Origin: an uncultured virus (IMG/VR IMGVR_UViG_3300046007_013272)
Taxonomy: Duplodnaviria; Heunggongvirae; Uroviricota; Caudoviricetes
Virus record (IMG/VR): IMGVR_UViG_3300046007_013272
Length of the DNA stretch: 64,000 nucleotides
Strand: one strand, 5' to 3'
Part shown: piece after piece, positions 16,012 through 27,400 of the stretch
How the letters are laid out: each line of letters starts with the position of its first letter
Position numbering within the stretch: the stretch's first letter is position 1
Notes under the pieces: generated by a model
The model's input: the letters and a program-made list of their open reading frames with translations, nothing else
Database searches by the model: none
Told to the model about the DNA's origin: nothing
Program-made: the position numbers and the translations under genes

Positions 16012-16797
16012 ATGCAAGCAGAACAAATCCAAAAAAATTGGCTTGAATTCTTAGGTTACATTCAAGACCATATCCAATCACCCAGAAAAGAAAAATTATT
16101 TGCTTTTTATGAGAAATACGCAGAACGCATCTCAATGATGCCTGCTTCACATAAAAAAGAGTATCATAATGCTTTTATAGGTGGGTATGTAGATCACGTC
16201 AATCGTGTGGTTAGATGCGCACTAGCCCTTCATAAAACGTGGGCCGATATGGGAGCAGACGTTACCACATATACTAAAGAAGAGTTGGTATTCTCCGCTC
16301 TAAACCATGATTTAGGTAAAATGGGTGACGATCAACACGAAGCCTATCTTCCTAATACTGATCAATGGAGAAGAGAGAAACTGGGAGAAGAATGGATGTT
16401 CAACAAAGAACTATCATTTGCTTCAGTTCCTGATCGTTCACTATTTCTCCTCCAGTCTCACGGGGTTTCTTATAGCTTTAATGAAATGGTAGCCATCCAA
16501 ACACATGATGGTTTATACGATGAAGCTAACAAAAAATACCTTATGGGTTATCTCCCAGAACAAAAACCACGTACAGCTTTACCATTTATCATCCACCAGG
16601 CAGATCTTATGGCAGCTCGTATAGAATTTGAACAGGAATGGTTACCTAAGTTCAAAAATCCCGTGCTTCAGAGTAAAGGTAATAGTACATTCAATTCAAA
16701 CAATCAGAAACCTACACCTAAGCCTGCTCAAGCTAAACAAAAAGCATTAAGTTCAGTAAAAAGTGAAGGATTAAGAAGTATGTTAGACAATTTATGA
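16012..16797 (+). CDS. HD-domain phosphohydrolase
   Basis: PAS..YHNAFIGGYVDH, LNHDLGK, HDG and HQAD motifs. Confidence 0.9.
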   Translation: MQAEQIQKNWLEFLGYIQDHIQSPRKEKLFAFYEKYAERISMMPASHKKEYHNAFIGGYVDHVNRVVRCALALHKTWADMGADVTTYTKEELVFSALNHDLGKMGDDQHEAYLPNTDQWRREKLGEEWMFNKELSFASVPDRSLFLLQSHGVSYSFNEMVAIQTHDGLYDEANKKYLMGYLPEQKPRTALPFIIHQADLMAARIEFEQEWLPKFKNPVLQSKGNSTFNSNNQKPTPKPAQAKQKALSSVKSEGLRSMLDNL

Positions 16798-17066
16798 TAT
16801 TAATTATTATAATACTTTCGGTTCTGGTCGTGGTCTTAGGATTCACGACCTTTAACCTTCTTAAGAAAAATGAGAAGGCAGAAGATGTTGTTGTGTCTTA
16901 CGAGAAGCACATCAATGAAATAGATGAGGTTATACAATTCATAAATAAAAGAGTACAGGAAATAGATACAAAGGGTACTTTTAGTTCTGACGATGAGGTA
17001 GGTTTCTTTTTTGAAAGATTAAAACTATTAAACGAACTACTAAAAGAGTACAGACTTAAAAGATAA
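16794..17066 (+). CDS. single-pass membrane protein
   Basis: N-terminal transmembrane helix, coiled coil, F.SDDEVGFFF. Confidence 0.7.
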   Translation: MILIIIILSVLVVVLGFTTFNLLKKNEKAEDVVVSYEKHINEIDEVIQFINKRVQEIDTKGTFSSDDEVGFFFERLKLLNELLKEYRLKR

Positions 17067-17067
17067 T

Positions 17068-17775
17068 ATGGATGTTAAACCAAAAAAAGGTGTTCAATAC
17101 TTTACACAGGAGACCGAGGATGCAATAGTAGCTTATAATTTAGCATTGGATTTTTCTACAAAAGAAAAAATATACCACGAAAAAATTCACTACGCTTTTT
17201 TCAAGTTAACCGAAAATATAATCCACACATTTAAATTCTACCATACTGAAGTAGATAATATTGAGGATCTTCAACATGAAATTATTGCATTTCTATTAAC
17301 TAAAATGCATTTATTTAATCCTGAAAGAGGAGCAAAGGCATATTCATATTTTGGTACAATTGTAAAGAGATATTTAATTATCTCAAATACCAAAAACTAC
17401 AAACGTAAAATAGAAAAAACTCCTGTTGAGGAATTATATACAAATGAAAATCATTCGTATACTATTGATGAGGAACGCCCCAATATAGAAAAATTATCTT
17501 TCTTTATAGATGAATTCTGTAACTATGCTACAGAAAATCTATTTGAACACTTCCCTAAAGAAACAGACGCCCAAATTGCGGATGCTATTTTAGAACTCTT
17601 TAGAAAAAGAGAAAATTTAGATGTATTTAACAAAAAAGCATTATACATCTACATTAGAGAAATGGTGATTGATGTTAAAACTCCTCAAATTACCAAAATA
17701 GCAAATCGCCTCTATGCAATTTTTCAGAAAGCTTACCTTATTTATTTAGACACGGGTGTTGTAAGGTTTGCTTGA
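17068..17775 (+). CDS. phage sigma factor, T4 gp55-like (putative late sigma)
   Basis: DLQHEI...FNPERGAKAYSYFGTIVKRYL is sigma region-2-like; positioned at the head of the structural block. Confidence 0.65.
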   Translation: MDVKPKKGVQYFTQETEDAIVAYNLALDFSTKEKIYHEKIHYAFFKLTENIIHTFKFYHTEVDNIEDLQHEIIAFLLTKMHLFNPERGAKAYSYFGTIVKRYLIISNTKNYKRKIEKTPVEELYTNENHSYTIDEERPNIEKLSFFIDEFCNYATENLFEHFPKETDAQIADAILELFRKRENLDVFNKKALYIYIREMVIDVKTPQITKIANRLYAIFQKAYLIYLDTGVVRFA

Positions 17776-17798
17776 CTCAATATTTATACACAAAAAGT

Positions 17799-18128
17799 AT
17801 GAGTCAACTCGATAAAATTGTTTTTGGGACCAAGACTTTTTCCAATGTTTTGGAAGAAATCTACAATAACCAAAAGAAAAAAGAAAAACAAGTTTCGACT
17901 CTTGTTAACGAGTTGAAAGAAATGATTGAAGATATTGGAGATGCTACACTTTTAGTACCTCTAATTAAAGAATATCTTGAAATCGGGGTTAAAAATGACG
18001 ACCTTCTTATAAAAATGGCAGCCCTAGCTCAAAGAGCATTAGCAGCCGAAAGTGTAGGTGAATCTTTAACTATTTCTGAAGAAGAAAAACAACAACTATT
18101 AGCTGAAATAGAAAAATTCAATAAATAA
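17799..18128 (+). CDS. conserved hypothetical protein
   Basis: ATATTTAT at 17780, then ATG 17799. Confidence 0.7.
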   Translation: MSQLDKIVFGTKTFSNVLEEIYNNQKKKEKQVSTLVNELKEMIEDIGDATLLVPLIKEYLEIGVKNDDLLIKMAALAQRALAAESVGESLTISEEEKQQLLAEIEKFNK

Positions 18129-19345
18129 TGGGTAGCCCCTTTATAAAAGATAATCAAAAATCCAATTTTTACATTGAAACTCTACTCACCCCAGTTAGAG
18201 TTATAGATATTATCTTAGATGATACTCATCCAAAATTTAAACAATATGGAGGTTGGACTTCAATTGGTACAATAGAATTTGAACTTGTAAGAGATCCTTT
18301 AGGGGTTTCTTTTGGTACATACAACATTGCTAGTCCGTTTTATCCAAATATTAAACAATATCCTTTAAAAAATGAGGTTGTTTTACTTGTTCAAGGCTTA
18401 GATAAAATCACAGGTCAAACAAACGTTTCGGATTTTAAATCTTATTATATTTCTGTTTTTAATCTTTGGAATACACCACATCAAAACGCAACTCCAAATC
18501 CTTTAGATCCTAATCTTCAAACAAAGAAAAATTATCTTACTTCATTTCAAGGTGTAGGCAATGTTATTGAAGATCAAGAACCTGCTTTAGATTTAGGACC
18601 TGGTTTTGAAGAACAAAATAATATTCACCCATCTAGAGCCTATCCTGGAGATATAATTTATGAGGGTAGGTGGGGTCAAGGTATTAGATTTGGAAGTACT
18701 GCTGAAAATCCTCAAGCAAATCCTTGGTCCTCAGTTGGACCCGTAGGTAGTCCTATTACAATTATTAGAAATGGTCAGGTTAATACCAATGATCCTGCAT
18801 GGGTTCCTCAAACTGATATAATAAATGGTGATGATGCTTCAATTTATTTAGCAAGTACACAAAAAATTCCATTACAATCTAAAGCAGTTGAAATTAACCA
18901 ATACTATAGCTATCCAGATAATGCTAAACCTACAGCCCCAGATCAATATGCTGGAAAGCAAATTATTTTAAATTCTGGTCGATTAGTATTCAACACAACA
19001 CAAGATCATTTATTATTTTCTTCTCAAAAATCTATAGGATTTACAGCAGTTGAATCTATAAATTTTGATACAACGGGTCCTATAACTCTACAAGGAAATG
19101 ATGTTTATTTAGGATCTAAAAATGCTACTCAACAAGTTTTATATGGTAATGATACTGTAAATGTACTTAGTGATATTCTTAACGAATTAATCACTTTAAC
19201 CCAAAACTTATCACTTCAGACTACCTTAACCCCAGGTGTTCCTTTAGAACCTACAAGAAGTGCAGCTCAAGTAAGTAATATAGCATTTAGAAGCATACAA
19301 GGACGTTTACAAACATTATTATCTAATTCTGTACGAACTATATAA
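18128..19345 (+). CDS. putative baseplate hub/spike protein (gp5/Vgr-like)
   Basis: N-terminal YPLKNEVV OB-like region, GDIIYEGRWGQGIRFGS and beta-repeat C-terminus; baseplate context. Confidence 0.55.
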   Translation: MGSPFIKDNQKSNFYIETLLTPVRVIDIILDDTHPKFKQYGGWTSIGTIEFELVRDPLGVSFGTYNIASPFYPNIKQYPLKNEVVLLVQGLDKITGQTNVSDFKSYYISVFNLWNTPHQNATPNPLDPNLQTKKNYLTSFQGVGNVIEDQEPALDLGPGFEEQNNIHPSRAYPGDIIYEGRWGQGIRFGSTAENPQANPWSSVGPVGSPITIIRNGQVNTNDPAWVPQTDIINGDDASIYLASTQKIPLQSKAVEINQYYSYPDNAKPTAPDQYAGKQIILNSGRLVFNTTQDHLLFSSQKSIGFTAVESINFDTTGPITLQGNDVYLGSKNATQQVLYGNDTVNVLSDILNELITLTQNLSLQTTLTPGVPLEPTRSAAQVSNIAFRSIQGRLQTLLSNSVRTI

Positions 19346-20292
19346 TGGCAACTCCTTCTCAAATAGAAAATGAAAGACAGCGACGTGCTTCTTTAACTAA
19401 TTCTAATAATGAATTAGCTAAATCGCAAAGTCTGCCCGCTAATTTAATAGAAAATGCTGTACCTAATAATTTAAAACTTAAAGGTCAAGCAGCTTTAGGA
19501 AAACGTGTTTTAGATTTAGGACAAAAAGCTATTACTTTAGTTCTTCCTAAATTACAATCTTTATCCCAAGAACTTAACCTTCCAGAATTTAATACAGCTG
19601 AAGGTGAAGGTTTAGATCCTAATGTTTTAAAAGAAAGATTTTGTCCTACCCCTGCTAGATTAGCTCAATTAGTAGCAACTAGAGATAATATTGTTGGAGT
19701 ATTAACGAGATTAAATACACAATTTGGTACTCTTAATAATTCAATTACTACTTTATCTCAAATTACAAACGGATTAAATACAGCTCTTAGAGTTGCTTCT
19801 GGTGTTGAAACTGCAACTATTGTTTCAACTGCAACTGGACTTTTACCTGCACCTGTTTTAGGACCTGCAGTTTCTACTTTAGATTTAGTTCAAAAGCAAA
19901 TTAGAGTTTTTCAACCTAAAGTTGAAAAGGCACAAAGTACATTAAGTGCTGTAAATATTCCATTAACAATCACTGTTAATGTATTTACTCAAATTATCAA
20001 TTTACTTCAACAATTTGATAAACTTATTTTATTATGTAACCCTAATGTAACTCTTTCAGAATTACCCAATTTACCAGTTGAAACAACCACCCCAGACAAC
20101 ACATATCAAGGTTTTACTTTTCAAATTGAAACTGTAGCATTTAGTCCAACTATTAATCAGTTAAGAGCTTTAGCACTAAATCAATTTGGTATCCCTGTAC
20201 TTGAATCAGAACTTTCATTTACAACAAATCCACAAACTTTAATAAATGAATTAAAATTCATAATTGACAGAGATAATTTAAAAGCTTATTAA
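19345..20292 (+). CDS. putative virion protein
   Basis: Helical ORF in the baseplate block. Confidence 0.6.
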   Translation: MATPSQIENERQRRASLTNSNNELAKSQSLPANLIENAVPNNLKLKGQAALGKRVLDLGQKAITLVLPKLQSLSQELNLPEFNTAEGEGLDPNVLKERFCPTPARLAQLVATRDNIVGVLTRLNTQFGTLNNSITTLSQITNGLNTALRVASGVETATIVSTATGLLPAPVLGPAVSTLDLVQKQIRVFQPKVEKAQSTLSAVNIPLTITVNVFTQIINLLQQFDKLILLCNPNVTLSELPNLPVETTTPDNTYQGFTFQIETVAFSPTINQLRALALNQFGIPVLESELSFTTNPQTLINELKFIIDRDNLKAY

Positions 20293-20309
20293 ATTTAATA
20301 TTTATTATT

Positions 20310-20687
20310 ATGAAGTCGACCGATTTTAAAAAAATAATCAAAGAAGCAGTAAAAGAAGCTATTCAAGAGGAACTAAAAGATATCCTTTTGGAAGCAGTTC
20401 GTGCACCTAAACTAACTCTAGAAGGTACTCCTGTTGGAGTAGGCGGAATGGGGGTAACAAATTCTCCCGTTATCACACAACCTTCAGCTACATCAGCACT
20501 TGAAAAAAGAGCTATGATGGAAAGTATTATTGGAGATATGCGAAGAGGACAAGATACAATTTCTATGACTACTGCTAACCTAAATTCTTTTCAAGTACCT
20601 CAAGGTATAAACACAACTGCTGAAGGTTCATCTTTACCTCAGGGTACTGTAGGATTAGACCAAATTATGGCCTTAATGAATAAATAA
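20310..20687 (+). CDS. hypothetical virion-associated protein
   Basis: MKSTDFKKIIKEAVKEAIQEE leader; ATATTTAT upstream. Confidence 0.65.
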   Translation: MKSTDFKKIIKEAVKEAIQEELKDILLEAVRAPKLTLEGTPVGVGGMGVTNSPVITQPSATSALEKRAMMESIIGDMRRGQDTISMTTANLNSFQVPQGINTTAEGSSLPQGTVGLDQIMALMNK

Positions 20688-21094
20688 TGGCATTCGGAGC
20701 AAGAAATATAGCCCCTATTGATTTAAAACCGAGATATGCGGTAGGGGTTAATCTTCCTCTTTCTGGAAATGCTGTATTTACCTCTAACTATACTACAAGA
20801 GAGGCAACAAAATATAATTTAATTAATTTTTTCTTAACTAATAAAGGAGAAAGACCATTAAATCCTAACTTTGGCTCAAATTTAAGATCAATAATTTTTG
20901 AGCAAATTACTAGTAGAACTTTAGATGGAGTTGAGGAAATGGTATCTGAAGAAATTAGAAGAAATTTTCCTAATGTTGTAATTGACGATCTAATAGTAAG
21001 TCAAAATACGGATTACAATACAATTTTAGTAACTATAACATACAATGTCTCAAATACTGATATAAGAGATACTATTAATCTTGAATTTGCATAA
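20687..21094 (+). CDS. gp25: baseplate wedge protein, gp25/GPW-like
   Basis: NLINFFLTNKGERPLNPNFGSNLRSIIFE signature. Confidence 0.9.
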   Translation: MAFGARNIAPIDLKPRYAVGVNLPLSGNAVFTSNYTTREATKYNLINFFLTNKGERPLNPNFGSNLRSIIFEQITSRTLDGVEEMVSEEIRRNFPNVVIDDLIVSQNTDYNTILVTITYNVSNTDIRDTINLEFA

Positions 21095-22953
21095 TGGCAA
21101 CTAATAGAAACATACAATATATAAACAAAGATTTTGGGCAGATAAGACAAGCTTTAATTAATTACAGCAAAACTTATTTCCCAACCACCTACAACGACTT
21201 TACAGAAGCATCACCAGGAATGATGTTTATGGAAATGGCAGCTTATGTAGGTGATGTAATTTCTTTCTATTTAGATAATCAAATCCAAGAAACTTATCTT
21301 CAATATACAAGAGAACCAGCTAATTTATTTAATTTAGCTTATATGTTAGGATATAAACCTAATGTTACGGGTGTAGCTACTTGTGATATAGATTTTTATC
21401 AACAACTCCCAGCCAATTCTGTTACAGGAAACCCAGATTGGTCTTACACTTTAGTTGTTGAGCAAAATTCAGTTGTCTCAGCTAATAATGATAGTAATAT
21501 TAGCTTTTTAGTTCAAGACAAAGTAGATTTTTCAGTATCAAGTTCAAATAATCCAACAGAAATTAGTGTATTTACATACACAGGTACTCAACCTTCATAC
21601 TATCTTTTAAAGAAAACAGCAAGAGGAATTTCAGCTACAATTAATACAACTACATTCTCTTTTGGCACTCCACAAGAATTTGCAACAGTTGTTATTAATG
21701 ACGAACAACTTATTGGAATTTTAGATATATTTGATAGTGATGGTAACGAGTGGTATGAAGTACCTGCTTTAGCAGAAGATGCTATTTTTGATACTATTCA
21801 AAACACTCCACAAAATGACCCTAACTTTAGTGCTAATAATGCTCAAGTACCTTATCTACTAAGATTAAAAAAGGTTCCTAGAAGATTTAGTACTCGTTTT
21901 ATTAATACTGGATCTCTTGAATTACAATTTGGTGCTGGCACTGCAAACGAAATTACTGAAGTTATAGTTCCTAACCCTGATAACGTAGGTTTAGGTTTAC
22001 CATTTGAACAAAGTAAATTAACAACAGCATACTCTCCTACAAACTTTATGTTTAATAACACATATGGTTTGGCTCCTTCTAATACAACTTTAACTGTTAG
22101 ATACTTAACAGGAGGTGGAGTTATAGCCAATGTCCCTTCAGGAGTATTAACTGTTTTAAATACTTCAAATGTTCAATTCTTAAACAATCTACCTAGCTCA
22201 GCAGCATCTCAAGCAAATATTATCTTTAATAGTGTTGCTGTAAATAATCCAAGAGCAGCTTCAGGTGGTCAAGATGGAGATAGTATTGAAGAAATTAGAC
22301 AAAATACACTTGCAAACTTCTCTACTCAATTAAGAGCGGTAACTCCTGAAGATTATTTAGTTAGAGCTTTATCTTTACCTAGCATTTATGGTAGTATTTC
22401 TAAAGCATTTATTGAAAAAACTAAACTACAAAACATTCTCCCAGGAGAAATACCATCTACTTTAGACTTGTATGTTTTAACAAGTAATAACGATGGTACT
22501 TTAACTGTAGCTAGTGATGCTTTAAAACAAAATTTATCTACTTATTTAGCACAATACAGAATTATTGGAGATTCTGTAAACATTAAAGACGCATTTATTA
22601 TCAACATAGGAGTTGATTTTGAAATACTTGTGTTACCTAATTACAACTCAAATGATGTTATTTTAGCATGTATAAATGCTTTAATTGAGAGATTTGCTAT
22701 TAGAAACTGGCAGATAAATCAACCTATTATTTTAAGTGATCTTTATGTATTAATTAGTAATGTTCCTGGAGTTCAATCTATTAAAGATATAATTATATCT
22801 AATAAAGTAGGTACTTCTAACGGATATTCTCAATACGCATACGACATAAATGGAGCTACTGTAAATGGTGTTATATATCCTTCATTAGATCCAATGATTT
22901 TTGAAGTAAAATACCCAACAACTGATATTAAAGGAAGAATTGTAACATTATAA
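21094..22953 (+). CDS. gp6: baseplate wedge subunit, T4 gp6/baseplate J-like
   Basis: DF..IRQALINY...YNDF..ASPGMMFMEMAAYVGDV; GG.DGDSIEEIR; RAVTPEDY. Confidence 0.88.
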   Translation: MATNRNIQYINKDFGQIRQALINYSKTYFPTTYNDFTEASPGMMFMEMAAYVGDVISFYLDNQIQETYLQYTREPANLFNLAYMLGYKPNVTGVATCDIDFYQQLPANSVTGNPDWSYTLVVEQNSVVSANNDSNISFLVQDKVDFSVSSSNNPTEISVFTYTGTQPSYYLLKKTARGISATINTTTFSFGTPQEFATVVINDEQLIGILDIFDSDGNEWYEVPALAEDAIFDTIQNTPQNDPNFSANNAQVPYLLRLKKVPRRFSTRFINTGSLELQFGAGTANEITEVIVPNPDNVGLGLPFEQSKLTTAYSPTNFMFNNTYGLAPSNTTLTVRYLTGGGVIANVPSGVLTVLNTSNVQFLNNLPSSAASQANIIFNSVAVNNPRAASGGQDGDSIEEIRQNTLANFSTQLRAVTPEDYLVRALSLPSIYGSISKAFIEKTKLQNILPGEIPSTLDLYVLTSNNDGTLTVASDALKQNLSTYLAQYRIIGDSVNIKDAFIINIGVDFEILVLPNYNSNDVILACINALIERFAIRNWQINQPIILSDLYVLISNVPGVQSIKDIIISNKVGTSNGYSQYAYDINGATVNGVIYPSLDPMIFEVKYPTTDIKGRIVTL

Positions 22954-22954
22954 A

Positions 22955-24091
22955 ATGGCAGTATATAAAATTTTCCCCGAAAAAGACGCTACGATTTATT
23001 CCCTATTCCCTAACATGAATACGGGATTAGATGAGATTTTAGATGCTACAAACCTTAATTTTGCTCTTAGTAGTAGTGCTCAAGTAGCTAGACTTTTAGT
23101 AAAATTCAACCAAGACCAAATTACCTCAGTTTTAGATGATTTAGTAGGTAACGCAGATTGGACTGCGAATTTTCAATTATTTATAGCTACTGCTCAAAGC
23201 ATCAATCTAGATTATACTCTAGAAATATACCCAGCTTCAGGATCCTGGGGTATGGGTACAGGAAAATATTTAGATCAGCCTATTTCTACAGATGGTGTTT
23301 CTTGGAGATGGCAAAACTACGCAAATGGTCTTTTATGGCCTACAAGCATAGGTGGTCTTCAACCTTATACAACAGGCTCTTGGCAAACTAGCAACCCTGG
23401 TGGTGCAGTTTGGTATACTGGATCTGCAAATGGAATTCAATTACCTGTAACTCAAACATTTACTTACCATAGTGATAAAGACTTAAATGTTGGTGTTAAA
23501 GATATAGTAAGTGTATGGTATAGTAGTTCAAATTTTGTTAACCAAGGTTTCCTTGTAAAATGGGAAGATTCTATTGAATTTAATTCTGCAAAAGCAGTAC
23601 AACCTGTACTTCAATACTACTCAGTAGATACACATACTATCTACCCACCAGTATTAGAATTTAAGTGGGATGATAGCACATGGAATATATCCGGTTCTAA
23701 TAAGATTATAGTTCCTACAGACAACGTCTATGCATCAATCGCCAACAATGCTGGTACCTTCTATTCTAGCAGTATACAACGTTTTAGAGTGGATTGTAGA
23801 CCTAAGTATCCTGAAATTGTATTCCAAACAGCTTCACTTTACACACAAAATTTCTATTTACCATCAGGATCATCTTTATATGCTATCAAAGATTTAGATA
23901 CAAATGAATACGTAATTCCGTTTGATCCAGATTACACAAAATTAAGCGCAGACCAAGAATCAAGCTATTTCTTCCTTTATATGAACGGCTTGCAACCTGA
24001 AAGATATTACACTATATTACTTCAATATACTATTAGTGGTTCAACTATAGTACAAGATATGGAATATAATTTTAAAGTTGTTAACGGATGA
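22955..24091 (+). CDS. putative virion structural protein
   Basis: Beta-rich ORF in the baseplate block. Confidence 0.65.
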   Translation: MAVYKIFPEKDATIYSLFPNMNTGLDEILDATNLNFALSSSAQVARLLVKFNQDQITSVLDDLVGNADWTANFQLFIATAQSINLDYTLEIYPASGSWGMGTGKYLDQPISTDGVSWRWQNYANGLLWPTSIGGLQPYTTGSWQTSNPGGAVWYTGSANGIQLPVTQTFTYHSDKDLNVGVKDIVSVWYSSSNFVNQGFLVKWEDSIEFNSAKAVQPVLQYYSVDTHTIYPPVLEFKWDDSTWNISGSNKIIVPTDNVYASIANNAGTFYSSSIQRFRVDCRPKYPEIVFQTASLYTQNFYLPSGSSLYAIKDLDTNEYVIPFDPDYTKLSADQESSYFFLYMNGLQPERYYTILLQYTISGSTIVQDMEYNFKVVNG

Positions 24092-24447
24092 GCCAAGAAA
24101 GAGTAAATCTTAATAAGCAGGTTTTTTCTAAAACTCAATATGAAAGAACCATTAACACTAGTTTTACGCAGTTAGTTACAACTACTGCTGAAACTGGTAG
24201 TGTTCTTCCTTCTGTTGATGAATTTTTCACTTATTATCAAGCTTTATTCTTCGATATTCCTAAATTTGGAGTTACAAACTCACACGAATATTTAATAAAA
24301 ACTAGTCAAGAATATATTGGAGCATCAAATATTGTAGACGATCAAATCCAAGCTTTAATTGACGAGATTACAGATCTTAGACAAGAAAACTTAGATATAC
24401 TACAACAATTAACTGATCTTCAAACCACTACATCTCAAAATGGCTGA
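24088..24447 (+). CDS. putative virion protein
   Basis: Coupled ORF with C-terminal coiled coil. Confidence 0.65.
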   Translation: MSQERVNLNKQVFSKTQYERTINTSFTQLVTTTAETGSVLPSVDEFFTYYQALFFDIPKFGVTNSHEYLIKTSQEYIGASNIVDDQIQALIDEITDLRQENLDILQQLTDLQTTTSQNG

Positions 24448-27400
24448 TCAAATAATACAAGTATTACCCGTAGATCCTAGAACCTTAGAGTTACAAACAT
24501 ATACTCTACAGGATGAATCCCTAATCAATAGTTCTCTTATTGATGGTAGATTTGGAGAATCTAATGATTATGTAGAATACTTTGTATTTTCCCTACAAAA
24601 AGATTTACTCTACCCAGTAGACACTCCCGCTATTTCTTTTACAGATTTTACTGTAACTGATGATCCTAATCTTCAAAACAAAGGGTATTATTCTACTATT
24701 AATATTGACCCGGTTGTAGATGCAGCTGAATATGGGTTTGGTGTTGGTGAATTTATAACAGTTTACAATTTTTTAAAGACTCGTTTAAGCTCTTCAATAG
24801 ATAACAATTTTTTTATTTCTGAAATCAGTTCAGATAGAACAGAAATTAGATTAGATTCAAATACTATTCCTGATGTTGTTTTTATTCCTTTAGCAAGAGA
24901 ATTAGAAGCAGAAATTAAAGCAAGTGTAGAATTTTACAAAGATTTTTACTTAGACTTTGGTTCAAATCAGTTAGTAATTGCAAACAATATTACAACAGAT
25001 TTATCTGATCCTACAAATCCAACCATCCTCATTAAACTTTATGAGGCTCTACCTACTCAATTTCAAGTAAAGTCTACATGTTGGGTTGTAGAACAAGCAG
25101 CAGAATCTGTTGCTTACCAAATTTCTATTAGTCAAGTATTTGACTTACCTGATGATTTTATTAAAATCTCAGGCCCCAATACTAACTTAAATGTTAAAAC
25201 TGAAATTAATAATTCAACAGATTATATTAATTTTTCATCTTTAACTCAAACCTCAGTATCAGGAGCATTTAATCAATTAGATAGTTTACTTGAAGAAAAA
25301 GGAATTGAAATAAATGTAGATTATTCAAGCTATAATAATTTTATCTATCTTTCTTCTGCTTACCAAAGACTATCTAATTTTCAGTATAAATTAGGATTAT
25401 TAGAAGAATACCAAACTTCCCAATCTTTATTTACAAATATAACAGGATCAGTAGCAGGTTCAGCACCTGTTTCATCTTCTATAGCTATTTTAGCTTATCA
25501 AATTAATGATATTATTCGCAATTTTGATGGTTACGAATATTATCTATACTACGAATCTTCTTCTACAACATGGCCTAAACAAAATGGAAATCCTCCATAC
25601 ATTTTATACTCTACAACTTCGTCTGTTGGTATAAATTGGTTTAATTCTCAATCAATAGTTGCTCAAGAATACGATAAAAATAACGTTAATAACTTATTTT
25701 ATGTTATTCCTGAGTTTGTTAGAGATGATAGCTTGAACGAGCCTTATGTTTTATTTACAAACATGGTTGGTCAAAGTTTTGACAATACCTGGCTTTATGT
25801 TAAAGATTTAGAAAATAGATACGATAACGATAATAGAATTAACTTTGGTATTTCAAAAGATCTTGTAGCAGATGCTTTAAGGTCATTTGGTATTAAACTT
25901 TACCAAAATAACTTTAGTTCTAACGATCTTTATATTGCTCTTTTAGGATATAATCCTGAAGGAGGATATTTACCTCCTACCGGCTCAGAGCTTATCACAA
26001 ACTATGTTACTTCTTCTGCAGAACCTATTCCTCTAGAAGATGTAAACTATAGAACTTACAAAAGATTATACAACGCTTTACCACTTCTTTTAAAAAGAAA
26101 AGGTACAGTTGATGGTTTGAAAGCTCTTATTACAATTTATGGTATTCCTGATACAATTTTAAGAGTATCTGAATTTGGAGGTAAAGATAAAATTAATACA
26201 AATGATTGGGATCTATGGCAGCAAAAATTTAATTATGCCTATGATTTTTATCAAGATGGTGGTTGGGTAGGAACAGAATTCCAATTAAACAATGCTTGGA
26301 CAACTCCTAACACAAACAAAAGACCTGAAACTGTTGCTTTAAGATTTAAAACAGCAGGTGTTCAATCTGCTAGACTTTATCCAAGCCAATCTATCTTTGT
26401 AACAGATCAAGGATCACTTTTATCCCTAGAATATTCAGGTTCAGTAAATGCTTCAGGTTCTTATAGTGGATCTATAATTAACCCATACAACGAATATGCT
26501 TTCTTAAAATTCTACCCAGATTTTAATGGAGACCCTACAACATTTGCAAGAGTATACTTACCTTTCTTTGATGGAGGTTGGTGGACTACAGCTGTTACTG
26601 TAGATGATAACTCTGGTAGATTTACTTTATATGCTGCTAACAACATCTATAATGGAGATGATGGCAGTCAAATAGGATTTTTACAATCTCATTCTGTAGT
26701 AGGAACTTTAGCTTCTTGGGATACTTCTATCTCAGCATCTTTAGGTAACAATTTTGGCTCTCCATTCTCAACACTTAGTATTTTCTCAGGATCTTTACAA
26801 GAAGTAAAATACTATACTAAAAAAATTGCTCCTGTAAGCTTTGAAAATATAACAATGAATCCTGATTCTATTGAAGCAGCATCTTGGGATGGTGCTCCTT
26901 TAGAACTAGCATTTAGAGCTTCTTTAGGTGGAGAATTATACACTAGCTCAGTTTCAATTCACCCTAAAGTTACAGGATCTTGGGTTGCTACATCCTCATT
27001 TGATAATAATAATAGTAACTTTTATATTGGAACTACTTCAAATTTTGTAGCAAATACAGAAACTATTTATATAGATCAACCAGTTGCTGGTATCAAAAAT
27101 ATAGTTTCTAACAAGATACACAACATAACTGAAATTTTACCTGCAGGGGATACTTTATCTCGCTACATTCAAATTCAACAAAATAGTCAAGAAGAAAATA
27201 ATTATACAAACAATGTAAATTATGTTGAAGTAGCATTTTCTCCTCAAAATGAAATAAATGAGGATATTATGGATCAACTAGGATTCTTCAACATTGGAGA
27301 ATTTATTGGTGACCCAAGACAACGCTTTAGCAGATCAGATACTTACCCAGACTTAGATAAATTAGCAAATAGCTATTTTGAAAAATATATAGGCAATTAC